Origin: Thraustochytrium aureum
Lineage: Eukaryota
NCBI GenBank assembly: GCA_012862495.1
Contig: BLSG01000084.1
Location: 72,526-136,525, forward strand
DNA length: 64,000 nt
Direction of reading: 5' to 3'
Below, piece by piece: positions 21,190 to 31,648 of this stretch. How positions within the stretch are numbered: the stretch's first letter is position 1; every line of letters begins with the position of its first letter. The position numbers and the translations under genes are program-made. The notes beneath the pieces were generated by a model, which saw only the letters and a list, made by a program, of their open reading frames with translations, did no database searches and had not been told where the DNA came from.

Positions 21190-21966
21190 TCAGTCGAGCC
21201 AGCCGCCGCCGCCGCCGCCGCCACCGCCGCCACGGCCGGCGCCGCTCGATGCTTTAATGCTGGCTTTCGACTTGGCCCGCTTGTTCGGCTTCGCTTCTTT
21301 GAGCGACTTGCACTGTGCAGACTTCTGGTGGGCGACGCTGCTCGTTTCTGCTGCATACAACGGCAGCGCCCAGGTCGCCTCCTCGTTGCAAATGGCGTCT
21401 TTGGCCATCACGGGGCATAGAATGGCGTGGGCGAGGGCAGTGGCGGAGAGCATCCAAAACCCTGGCCCAAGCAGCAGCATGAGTCGCTCCCCATCATACT
21501 CGAACCATCCGTACCCGGCGTACGCGCAACCTGGCGAAGCTCTACAGCCGGCTACGACAGCCCCGACGGCGCTTGAGTACCAAAACCGAGCGCAAGACAG
21601 GCCCCCCGTTAGCGAGGCAAACAGCGCCGTCGGCGCGCCGATTCTGAAGGCGCCATACACTGCGCACGTTGCTGCTCCGAGACCGAGCAAGAAGGAGACC
21701 ATGGCAAGAGCCCTAGCGCGGCGGATCTCGCCAGCGTCCTTGCGCGTCACTTGCGCAGCTCGCTCGCCAATCAGCGCGCAAGAGGCCCCGGCTGTGCCAG
21801 GGCCCCACTCTCTGTTGCACTTGATCACAAAGTCAAAAATCAGCCCTGTGCCGGCGACGCTCCGGACGCCCTGGCCCTCGTCACGAATCGTCAGCGCCCA
21901 GCCAGGGCCCAGCACCGCTAGCCCGCTCATCGCCGCAGCGGCAACAGCGGCGGCTGCGGTCTTCAT
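21190..21966 (-). CDS. Four-TM membrane protein with claudin/amastin-like topology
   Basis: TM1 followed by W..GL..C..C in the first loop, two central TMs, and GPGFWM leading into TM4. Confidence 0.5.
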   Translation of the reverse strand: MKTAAAAVAAAAMSGLAVLGPGWALTIRDEGQGVRSVAGTGLIFDFVIKCNREWGPGTAGASCALIGERAAQVTRKDAGEIRRARALAMVSFLLGLGAATCAVYGAFRIGAPTALFASLTGGLSCARFWYSSAVGAVVAGCRASPGCAYAGYGWFEYDGERLMLLLGPGFWMLSATALAHAILCPVMAKDAICNEEATWALPLYAAETSSVAHQKSAQCKSLKEAKPNKRAKSKASIKASSGAGRGGGGGGGGGGWLD

Positions 21967-23150
21967 ATCCGGCCGCGTGCGTCCCCANNNNNNNNNNNNN
22001 NNNNNNNNNNNNNNNNNNNNNNNNNNNNNNNNNNNNNNNNNNNNNNNNNNNNNNNNNNNNNNNNNNNNNNNNNNNNNNNNNNNNNNNNNNNNNNNNNNNN
22101 NNNNNNNNNNNNNNNNNNCCGGCCGCGTGCGTCCCCAACAACCGCGCCAGCGGCCGCAGCCGGTCCACGACGCTCCCAGTGGCGCCCCGCCGCCCGCACG
22201 CCACAGCCAAGCCGTGCCAGCGTCCCTGCGCGTCTCTCGTCGTCGCCTTGGCCGCCAGCGCGTTCAAGCTCGATGGGATGGGGGGGGGCGCGCGAAGCCG
22301 AGTGTCCCCACCTCGGTCCGGGACCACCGACGAACCCAGGCAGCCAGGCAGCCAGGCGGCCAGCGAGCCACGGGCCAGAGCGCTCGCCAACCACGACGAC
22401 GTCGCGCCCGGCACAGGCCGCGAGCTTCCGCGCCAGCAACGAGCGAGCGAGCGAGCGAGCGAGGTCGCCCCTCAAGGAGCGTGGCCCGTTCGGCCCTTGA
22501 TCACGGTCTGCCCCCTGTCCGCATGTTCGTTTGGCCCAGCCCGCAAACCACAAACAGAAGCAACCAGCGCAACGCGCTGCGCTTCGCTGCGCTTCGCTAC
22601 GCTATCGCTCCGCTACGCTGGCCAGTGGGAAGTTGAACGCCAGCCTGGCGAGAGCCAAGATGGGCGTTTCACATCCCGACAGGTGCGCACCATGCCGCGT
22701 CCCGGGCACTCCAGTGTCGTCAGTGCGTACGTAGGTACTCACTCACTCGTACTGGTCGATCGCGTGACCCCTGGCTCTGCTCGTGCAGCGTACTCTGTCA
22801 CGTGCCTGTCGTGGCGTTTCTTGAATGGCCTGAGGACGACCAGGACCAGGCTTGATCGATCGATGAATGCCTCGCCGGCCGGCGAGCGCCGTGCGCGACC
22901 GAGCCGGAGCGCGCGCTTTGATGAGCGACGGTCCTCGTCGCGCTGCAGAGGCGTTGCGCCATCTGCGTCGAGGCTGTCGTCCAAAGCGGAGCGCGCGCGG
23001 CTGGTCGAGCTGGTGCATGGCGTCGAGGGGTTTCGGGCGCTGGCTGCACGATGCGCTGGCGGGCGGCCGAGGAGGACCTGGGGTGCGGGCAGGACGTGTC
23101 AGAAAGCAAGATGTTCAAGTTGGTAAGTGCTACGGGGGCGGCGGTTGTCT

Positions 23151-24780
23151 TCAGCCGGTGCTCCACTCATCGTCGTCGTCGCCGTCGTTGACGTCCTCTT
23201 CCACGTGGAGCTGCTGGCGGCGGGCGTCCAGCCCCTCGCGCAGCTTCGCGAGGATGTTATCCTTAGTCTCCTTGCGGACGCTGCGCAGGTCTGGCAGCAC
23301 GCTCTGGCGCGCCGTGGGGCGGAGGTTGACGCCCCCGCCTTGATCTTGTCCAGGAAGACCCGGGACCGGTGACCGTCGGGGTTTGGCCTTTGGGCCTGCG
23401 ACTGCATTGGCTTGGCCGACGGCGCGCGCGAACCTGCGCCACGCATCGACTGGAGGAGTGATTGCCGCTTATTTGAGGGCTTGGCGCGCTGCGGCGTGAA
23501 GGCCGCAGGTCTAACAACGTCAGGGTCCTCGCGCACGGCCGGTTTGGGGCGGGATGACATGTACTCTGGAAGCGGAGGCAGCGGGGGCAGCGTGGGCGCG
23601 CGAGTCTTGCGCTTGTCTGGCTTTGACGGAGCCGTGGGCTTTTTCTTGCGCGCGGGAAGCGGGGGCGGGGCAGCCTTGGCGCTCGGCATCGTCGTCGCGC
23701 CGCGCGGACGGGCGCCCGTGAGCCGCGAAAGCGAGTTGCGCACCGCCGAGCCCGCTGGCGCTGTCCCGAAAGAATTCTGCTCGAGGCGGCGTTGTTGGAG
23801 CGCTCCCACGCGGAGAGCCCCCGCTCCTCGCGCTGGTAGGCCTCGTACTCGCGCACCTGCTGCTCGTACTCACGGACTTGGGCCTCGTATAGCTCTAATT
23901 CGCGCTGATACTGTTGGTACTGCTGGAGCTGCTCGGCGTTCCAGTACTGCTCGACCTGCTGCGGCGTCAGGTCGGCGGGCGGCGGCTGTGTGGAGATGCC
24001 GAGCTCCTCCAGGCTGCTAATGATGAAACTCTGCATCTCTGGGTTTTTCAGATCCCCCTTGCGGAAGCCCGCCTTCTTGAGGAGTTTGCGCCACTCTGTC
24101 GGGATGTGGTTGATATTGAGAGTGCCGTCCGAGTTCCAGACGCTGTCGGAAACGTCAGGGGCCTCGGCTGGAGCGCCTCCACCGAAGAGGTGGTCGATCG
24201 AGCCCGCGTCCAGCACGGTGGCCCCTTTGCCATTGCCGGTCGCACGTCCTTTGGCCGCACGGGAGGTGCCCCCGCCAACGAGCAGGTTGACCGGCGACGG
24301 CCCCTTGCTGGTAGGCTTCATCATCTTGACTTTGACGAAGAACTGTTTTGCCGTCCGCGACCCTGCGAAGGCAAAGCCCGCCATGAGGTCGTCCATCTCA
24401 AAGCAGTGAAGCCGGTCCGTTTGCTCGATATAGTCGATGTCTTGGTACAGCTCGTACTCGAACATGAGCTTGAACGTGGTGATGTTGTACATCAAAAAGT
24501 ACATGCTGTCCGTTGGCCTGTGGAGAGCGAGGACGAGCGCCCCGGCGAGCGACGTGGGCTTCCACTTGCCCTTTTTGATTCCAGGAAACCTGTTTACGGC
24601 GCTGTTGGGGTCCCCTTTTTTCGCGCCAGGGCTCGGGTTGGACACGAACAGCTTGGCGACGCCGCTCGCCATAAGTGCCAGCTCGCTGCCCATCGACACG
24701 AGTACCTGCTCCATCTCCCACGCATGGAGGCTGCAGTCCCTGAGCCCCGAGCTGCTCGCGCCGCTGCTTGCCGCGCTCAT
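23151..24780 (-). CDS. WASP-like Arp2/3 activator (WH1-GBD-coiled coil-proline rich-WH2-C-A); frameshifts near 23780 and 23335
   Basis: WH1 (GVAKLF..WK..GALVL..FEYELY..LHCFEMDD..AGFAFA..AKQF) and GBD helix region (NIN HIPTEWRKLLKKAGFRKGDLKNPE). WH2-like RSRVFLDKIKAGGVNLRPT, central NILAKLREGLDARRQQL, acidic end DGDDDDEWSTG*. Confidence 0.85.
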
Positions 24781-26057
24781 CCTGCGCCGCTCGCGGTTGC
24801 CCCCTGGTCGGCACNNNNNNNNNNNNNNNNNNNNNNNNNNNNNNNNNNNNNNNNNNNNNNNNNNNNNNNNNNNNNNNNNNNNNNNNNNNNNNNNNNNNNN
24901 NNNNNNNNNNNNNNNNNNNNNNNNNNNNNNNNNNNNNNNNNNNNNNNNNNNNNNNNNNNNNNNNNNNNNNNNNNNNNNNNNNNNNNNNNNNNNNNNNNNN
25001 NNNNNNNNNNNNNNNNNNNNNNNNNNNNNNNNNNNNNNNNNNNNNNNNNNNNNNNNNNNNNNNNNNNNNNNNNNNNNNNNNNNNNNNNNNNNNNNNNNNN
25101 NNNNNNNNNNNNNNNNNNNNNNNNNNNNNNNNNNNNNNNNNNNNNNNNNNNNNNNNNNNNNNNNNNNNNNNNNNNNNNNNNNNNNNNNNNNNNNNNNNNN
25201 NNNNNNNNNNNNNNNNNNNNNNNNNNNNNNNNNNNNNNNNNNNNNNNNNNNNNNNNNNNNNNNNNNNNNNNNNNNNNNNNNNNNNNNNNNNNNNNNNNNN
25301 NNNNNNNNNNNNNNNNNNNNNNNNNNNNNNNNNNNNNNNNNNNNNNNNNNNNNNNNNNNNNNNNNNNNNNNNNNNNNNNNNNNNNNNNNNNNNNNNNNNN
25401 NNNNNNNNNNNNNNNNNNNNNNNNNNNNNNNNNNNNNNNNNNNNNNNNNNNNNNNNNNNNNNNNNNNNNNNNNNNNNNNNNNNNNNNNNNNNNNNNNNNN
25501 NNNNNNNNNNNNNNNNNNNNNNNNNNNNNNNNNNNNNNNNNNNNNNNNNNNNNNNNNNNNNNNNNNNNNNNNNNNNNNNNNNNNNNNNNNNNNNNNNNNN
25601 NNNNNNNNNNNNNNNNNNNNNNNNNNNNNNNNNNNNNNNNNNNNNNNNNNNNNNNNNNNNNNNNNNNNNNNNNNNNNNNNNNNNNNNNNNNNNNNNNNNN
25701 NNNNNNNNNNNNNNNNNNNNNNNNNNNNNNNNNNNNNNNNNNNNNNNNNNNNNNNNNNNNNNNNNNNNNNNNNNNGTGAACAGCACGAGTTTGGGACGGC
25801 CGCCGCAGCCGAAGGCCGCAGCCGAAGCAGGCGCCTCAGGGGAAACGCCGCCCTTCTGCACGCCCCGAGCCCTCTGCCCTCTCTGCTCTTGCGACAAGAA
25901 TTGCTGGACGATGAATCAACCCAGTAACAGCATGGATCATCAGCAAACGGCAGGCCTAAAGAAAAGGGGTCAAGCTTTTGTGCATCGGTTCGTGATTGCG
26001 CGGACGGCAGACAACGCCCTAATGCCGGCAAGCGCCATCGCGGGCACACGCGCCTAC

Positions 26058-27497
26058 TCAGGTCTGCTGCTCTGCTTTCTGGTGCAGCTGCTGCACCTCG
26101 TTTGCGAGCTGGTAGCTCCTCAGGGCAAGGTCCTTGGTCTTGTCGATGATCTGCTGGTAGATCTCCGGGGTCTGCTGGTTCATGACGACGCAGTTCTGCG
26201 CCGAGTCGATCTTGGCATCCATCTTGGCGCCCTGGATCAGGTTGACGAGCCAGCCCTCGGCGTCCTCGCCGCCGAGGTCGATCTTGTCCGAAAGCATGGC
26301 AGTGTCGATCTTGGTGTGGATGCGGCAGAATGTCTCGAAAACAGCGAGGCGCGCGCTCTCCTTAAAGTCGTCGACGAGGTGCTCCAAAAACATGTCGTGG
26401 CGCATGATGAGCTCGCACTCCTTGAGGTGCTCCTGCGCCAGCTCAAAGTTGAAGTCAATGTACAGGCAGTCAATAAAGCGGGTGAAGGGGTCCCTGTACG
26501 AGTACCGCTCCTGCTGCACCACCTGCGTGAGCTTGTTCTTAAACTTGCGGATCCGGCGGCTCGAGATGATGACCGAGACGATCGCGTAGCGCAGGAGCCA
26601 CGGGCAGTTTTGCTGGATGGCGTCCATGTGCTTGCGCGCGAAGAAGAACTCGATCATCTGCGCCATCAAGAACGCCGGCATGCCCGCCGCGTTGGGGTAC
26701 TCGCCCCCCTGCGCGGCGCCGTCGCTCTCGCCCTCCTCGGGCTCCTCGATAGGCGACTTGAAGAACAGGAAGAGCGACCAGTGCAGGAGCCAGCTGCGGA
26801 ACTGGAGCTGCTCCAGGTGGTGGGCGGGGCCGGTGGGCGTTTCATCGCGATCGTCGAGGATCTTTTGCACGACGAGCAGGTCCTTGAGCGCGTTGACGAC
26901 GTTGTCGGTGTTCTTGAGCATGAGGATCTCTGCGGCGAGTTTGCCCCAGAGGGCCAAACTCGCGTTTGGGGACTCGGGCGCGAGCTCGCGGTAGTATTGC
27001 ATGATGTAGATCGTGTCCTGGTAGTTGCCGATTTCGTAGTTGAACTTGCCGTACCTGTAAAACGCGTCGAGGGTGTCCTCGGTGATCTCGTACGCCTCGG
27101 CGAGGTGCGCCAGGTTGAACCGGCCCTGCGAGACGAGCGCCTGCATCTCTTCCTCGTTCCGGAGAACCTCCAGCAGCGGCGCGCAAGTGGCCTCGAGGTC
27201 CTCGAGCTCGCGCACGGTCAGGTCGCGGCGCTCGTTCAGTGCGGCCTCCTCGTTGGGGTCGATCGCGGCCGCGTCGAGGCTCTGCAGGATCTCGAGCGTG
27301 TAGTCGACCATGTTGGTCGCCCGGAGAAAGTCGAGCAGCACGAGCGTCAGGTCATTCTCGAGGTACACGTCCTTCGACTGCAGGTACTGAATCAACGGGA
27401 ACATCATGTGCAGGTCCAGATACGGCGCGATCGTGCTCACCAAGTCATACTTGGCGCGCGGATCCACCGACTCGGCGCCTTTCGTCTCTTCCGCCAT
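26058..27497 (-). CDS. EIF3E: Eukaryotic translation initiation factor 3 subunit E (INT6)
   Basis: KYDLVSTIAPYLDLHMMFPLIQYL, ALWGKLAAEILM, RSWLLHWSLFLFF, and a PCI domain ending WLVNLIQGAKMDAKIDS. Confidence 0.96.
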   Translation of the reverse strand: MAEETKGAESVDPRAKYDLVSTIAPYLDLHMMFPLIQYLQSKDVYLENDLTLVLLDFLRATNMVDYTLEILQSLDAAAIDPNEEAALNERRDLTVRELEDLEATCAPLLEVLRNEEEMQALVSQGRFNLAHLAEAYEITEDTLDAFYRYGKFNYEIGNYQDTIYIMQYYRELAPESPNASLALWGKLAAEILMLKNTDNVVNALKDLLVVQKILDDRDETPTGPAHHLEQLQFRSWLLHWSLFLFFKSPIEEPEEGESDGAAQGGEYPNAAGMPAFLMAQMIEFFFARKHMDAIQQNCPWLLRYAIVSVIISSRRIRKFKNKLTQVVQQERYSYRDPFTRFIDCLYIDFNFELAQEHLKECELIMRHDMFLEHLVDDFKESARLAVFETFCRIHTKIDTAMLSDKIDLGGEDAEGWLVNLIQGAKMDAKIDSAQNCVVMNQQTPEIYQQIIDKTKDLALRSYQLANEVQQLHQKAEQQT

Positions 27498-28169
27498 CTC
27501 CTCGCGCAAACAGCCGCTTCTCCACCTCGCGTTCGTCCTGCGCTGCGGCCCGGCGACGCTCAATCGCACTCTATCCAAGCCCACCGCGGCGGGCCTCCTC
27601 CCTCCGAGCCACCCACTCGCACAGCCGCGACCGCGCGTCTCCGCGGCCCCCCTCCCTCGTCACTCCGCCACCGCCCCGCGGCGTCTTGCACCGGCCCTTC
27701 CACGTCACTACCGGCCACCACCGCCGGCCCGCGTCACCTCCCCTCCCTCCTCGTCACATCCGCGACCCGCCGCACGTCGTGGCGGCCCCCCCTGGCGTCA
27801 CCCCACGTCCCGCCGCCCCGCCGCGCCCGCGACACTTTGCCCCCCAACACGACGTACCTCCCCGCGTCCTCCCACGCAACCGACCCCCCCGTCTCACCCT
27901 CCGCCGGCCGCACTCCCTGCCCCGCTAATCCCCTCGCGCTCCGCAATACAAAGACGGCGCCCTAACAGAAAACAGGGTAGGGCTTTGACCCGCCGTGAAT
28001 AAATAGAGGGTCGGTTTAGGGTTACAGCGCGATGAGTGGATGGGTGGGCGCGCCACGGCGCCGGCAGACACCGATTGCTGGAGAGACCCGTGCGCAGCAT
28101 TCGTCAGACGTGCAGGCTTGCAAGCAGCAGCAGCAGCAGCAGCAGCAGGTCGAGGTTCAGAAGGACAGC

Positions 28170-29487
28170 ATGGCTCCTGTAAGTTTTGGTTGGTGCGATG
28201 GACTGCGTCGGCATTATTGGCGCCCTTGGCCACGCTGTCGTCCTCGGCAACGCTGTCGTCTTTGGCGTTGTGGGCAGCGCTGTCGTCCTTGGCGTGCTTG
28301 GCAACGCTGTCGTCGTTGGCGTTGGCATTGGTGACGTTCTTGGCGCCCGTGGCGTTGTGGTTGGCGTTGGCGCGTTACGGCGCTGGATGTGCTGTTGCTG
28401 ACGAGCGTCGTGTCGTGTCGTGATGTGTCGAAATGGTAGAACACTGCGGCGAAGGGCGGGTCGAAGAAGGCGGCCAAGTTTGTGCTCGACTGCGCGGAGC
28501 CCGTGAAGGATGAGGTGCTCGATNNNNNNNNNNNNNNNNNNNNNNNNNNNNNNNNNNNNNNNNNNNNNNNNNNNNNNNNNNNNNNNNNNNNNNNNNNNNN
28601 NNNNNNNNNNNNNNNNNNNNNNNNNNNNNNNNNNGGAGGGTAGTGGCGGCGGCGGGACGGGCGACGGGCACGGTTGATGATGGGGACGCGGACACCGCTT
28701 GAGCGAGCGGTGGTCTGGCTTGGTGCTGCTGCGGGCTTGTGGGGGCGATCGAGGCTTGGAAGGGTATTTTGGGCGGGCACGAGGGTCACGAGCCTGCCGC
28801 TGGATGCGCTCGCCGGCTGGCGCGGCTCCGTGATTCTTGTGCCTGCTTCATCGCTGCGCGTCCCGGACGGCGCGCTTGGCTGCGCGGCTTGAGACCCACC
28901 CATCGTCCTGGTGTTCTTGCCTTTGCTGCTGTGCTTTTTTGTTTTCTTCCAGTCGTGTCGCGAAACGTTGGCGTTCGCGACGAGCACAGCCAGGGCACGG
29001 ACAACAGGGCGGTGGCTGGCACGCCAAGCCGTCAGCCAAGCCGCCTCCGGGGGCGGAGAGGGTGGCCCCGACAATGTGATCGTGCCGTAAGCCTGCAAGG
29101 CGTCCCTCTTATCGTGCCTGTTCGCGTCGTCCCGCGGTGCGCGGCTGCTTCGACGCTCCCGCCCGCGGCCAGACGCTTACAGTGCACGCGGCGAATCTCC
29201 GCCTTGGCGCTTTACAGGAAAAGTTTCTCCTCGACCGGATCAAGGTGAACGGCAAGACCGGCGTCCTCGGCGACCGCGTCTCGGTCGTGACGGGCGACAA
29301 GAAGCTCACCGTCACCGCCGACGTGTCCTTCAGCAAGCGGTACCTCAAGTACCTTACCAAGAAGTACCTCAAGAAGCAGAACCTGCGCGACTACATCCGC
29401 GTGGTCGCCGACTCCAAGAGCAAGAACACCTACGTGCTCAGCTACTACAAGCTGGACAGCCAGGCCGACGAGGAGGCCGAGGAATAG
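28170..29487 (+). CDS. RPL22: 60S ribosomal protein eL22; exons 28170-28178, 28440-(gap after 28523) and 29218-29487
   Basis: ATG GCT CCT|GTAAGT ... CTGAC ... [31 protein letters not shown], then [18 protein letters not shown]...[27 protein letters not shown]. Confidence 0.95.
28652..29135 (+). promoter_or_regulatory. Highly structured intronic RNA element with candidate cassette (poison) exon 28953-29086
   Basis: Nested complementary arms with many G-U pairs (see findings); polypyrimidine tract plus AG at 28936-28952; GTAAGC at 29087. Confidence 0.6.
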
Positions 29488-30436
29488 ACACTTTATTTTC
29501 TCAACTGAACCTCACAACTCGTTGCCCTGCCAAGTCTTTTCTACTCCCTTCCATGTCCCTCCGCTCCACGCTCTGCTGAGCCGCCGACGCGATAGCCGTC
29601 ATGCGTCATCCGCAGTCCAGTGACCCCGGTGCGCGGATTTTCCGGCTGGGCGGCAAGAAGATGCCCAACTCGCCAAAAGGCGCCAAAATGGCCGAGCGCG
29701 TGCACACTCGGTTCAGCGCTCGCGTTTGTTGTCCAAGTCCCACCACGCTCGGGTGACCTCGCGAGTCCGCTCCAGAAACTCGATGTCGCCGCCTTGGCGC
29801 GCCACCTGGGTTGGTAAAAGTCGGCTGATTGGGCGCATGGGCCCGAGCTTCCGGACGCAGATTCGACATCTGCTGTCACTTGCGGCGCGCGGCGGCAGCC
29901 GGCCAATTCGAGGACTTGAGCCGTTGCGATGCACACAACGTCGCTGTTGCTGCTTTTGCTTCTGCTGCTGGCCGCTGTGGCGCACTGCGGCCCTCTCTAG
30001 TCGGTGTCGGTTGCATGCGAGTTGCAGCTCGTCGGCGCAACCGATTCAATCGCCCGCCCGCCGGCCGGCCGGCCCGCCTACCTTCAGCTCGAATGAGTTG
30101 GCCTCCTCTACCCTAACACCGAACCAACTACATGACCATGCGGGGCGTTGCGATCTGTTCTAGCGTGAGAGACGCAGCGGCTGCCGCGTGTACTCGAATA
30201 ATGTACCGCTGCAGTGCGCGCCTCTCGAGGTGCCGAAAATGTCACGAGCTGCTGCGCCTTGTCGCGTCCACTCGAGGAATACACCGATCGCCGCAAACCG
30301 GCAGGCCTGCGCAGCCTGGGCAGACCCCAAACGCAAGCAAGCAAGCAAGCAGAAACAAGCATACAGCACAAGAACAAGGACAAGGACGAAGACAAGAGCG
30401 ACTAGCCTCGCACCGACGAAAGCAACCAAAGGCAAG

Positions 30437-31648
30437 ATGGGCAAAGCTGCAAGCGCGCCAACCCTCATGTCCCAAGTCAAGGTTGGCGCCTTGACCCTGG
30501 ACAACAGGGTGATNNNNNNNNNNNNNNNNNNNNNNNNNNNNNNNNNNNNNNNNNNNNNNNNNNNNNNNNNNNNNNNNNNNNNNNNNNNNNNNNNNNNNNN
30601 NNNNNNNNNNNNNNNNNNNNNNNNNNNNNNNNNNNNNNNNNNNNNNNNNNNNNNNNNNNNNNNNNNNNNNNNNNNNNNNNNNNNNNNNNNNNNNNNNNNN
30701 NNNNNNNNNNNNNNNNNNNNNNNNNNNNNNNNNNNNNNNNNNNNNNNNNNNNNNNNNNNNNNNNNNNNNNNNNNNNNNNNNNNNNNNNNNNNNNNNNNNN
30801 NNNNNNNNNNNNNCGGCAAGATTGCTCTCCAGCTCTGGCACATGGGACGCCAGGGCCACAGCCAAGTCTCTGGTATGCCCATCGTAGCCCCCTCGCCCAT
30901 CGCGCTCAAGGGCCAAGTCAGCGGCACTGCCGGCAAGCTCGACGCGCAAGTCCCGCACGAGCTTACCACGGACGAGGTGCTGGCCATCATCGAAGACTAT
31001 GGCATCGCGGCTGCGAACGCGACCAAGGCCGGCTTCGACATGGTCGAAATCCACAACGCGAACGGGTACCTCGCCGACCTGTTCTTGCAGTCGTCCACCA
31101 ACAAGCGCACGGACCAGTTCGGCGGCTCGCTGGAGAACCGCCTGCGCTTCACGCGCATGGTGGTGGACCGCATCTTGGAGGAGATGCCGGCAGACCGAGT
31201 CGGGATCCGCTTCTCGCCCAATGGCGTGTTCGGCGAGATGGGCTCTGCAGACAACGCCGAGACCGTCGATGCCGCGATCAGGTTGTGCGCGGAGCGCGGG
31301 CTCGCGTACGTGCACATCATGGATGGCGTCGGCTTTGGGTTCCACGGGCTGCACGATCCGTATACGCTTGCGGATGCCCGCAAGGTGATCGAAGAGGTCG
31401 GCGCCGCCACCGCCGTCGTGGGCAACGTCGACTACACCATCGAAACTGCGGAGAAGGCCGTCGCAAGTGGCGTCGCAGACATGATTGCTATCGGCCGGCC
31501 GTACCTGTCCAACCCCGACCTCGTCGAGCGTGTCCGCGCAGGAATCGAGCTTGCTCCAGCCCCTGGGCACGAGGATTGGTACGACTCCTCTAAGGGCGAG
31601 GTTGGCTACACCACGTTCCCGACTGCCAAAGCGCAGAAGGAGCTCTAG
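30437..31648 (+). CDS. Old yellow enzyme family NADH:flavin oxidoreductase (OPR/NemA-like); gap 30514-30813
   Basis: VKVGALTLDNRV, QLWHMGR, AGFDMVEIHNANGYL, NKRTDQFGGSLENRLRF, GRPYLSNPDLVER and GYTTFP. Confidence 0.93.
   Translation: MGKAASAPTLMSQVKVGALTLDNRVXXXXXXXXXXXXXXXXXXXXXXXXXXXXXXXXXXXXXXXXXXXXXXXXXXXXXXXXXXXXXXXXXXXXXXXXXXXXXXXXXXXXXXXXXXXXXXXXXXXXXGKIALQLWHMGRQGHSQVSGMPIVAPSPIALKGQVSGTAGKLDAQVPHELTTDEVLAIIEDYGIAAANATKAGFDMVEIHNANGYLADLFLQSSTNKRTDQFGGSLENRLRFTRMVVDRILEEMPADRVGIRFSPNGVFGEMGSADNAETVDAAIRLCAERGLAYVHIMDGVGFGFHGLHDPYTLADARKVIEEVGAATAVVGNVDYTIETAEKAVASGVADMIAIGRPYLSNPDLVERVRAGIELAPAPGHEDWYDSSKGEVGYTTFPTAKAQKEL

Noticed and set aside
21969..22138. Identical sequence on both sides of a gap (ccggccgcgtgcgtcccca; likewise tggggagtcgaa around 45630-45790) as a target-site duplication of a hidden element
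   Set aside because: Better explained by collapsed tandem repeats or overlapping contig ends; the gaps are too small and there is no transposase evidence.
24768..27965. Very long antisense or overlapping ORFs (e.g. 24768-27965+, 31975-33078+, 18797-19942+, 62462-63295+)
   Set aside because: Shadow ORFs opposite high-GC3 genes or artefacts of reading through N runs; no domain features.
28652..29135. Known ncRNA (SRP, RNase P/MRP, U3, C/D snoRNA, telomerase RNA) inside the RPL22 intron
   Set aside because: I found no SRP helix-8, RNase P/MRP P4 consensus or telomere template motifs. TGATGA at 28675 has no properly placed CTGA partner and lies within a long helix arm. Not excluded without an Infernal search.
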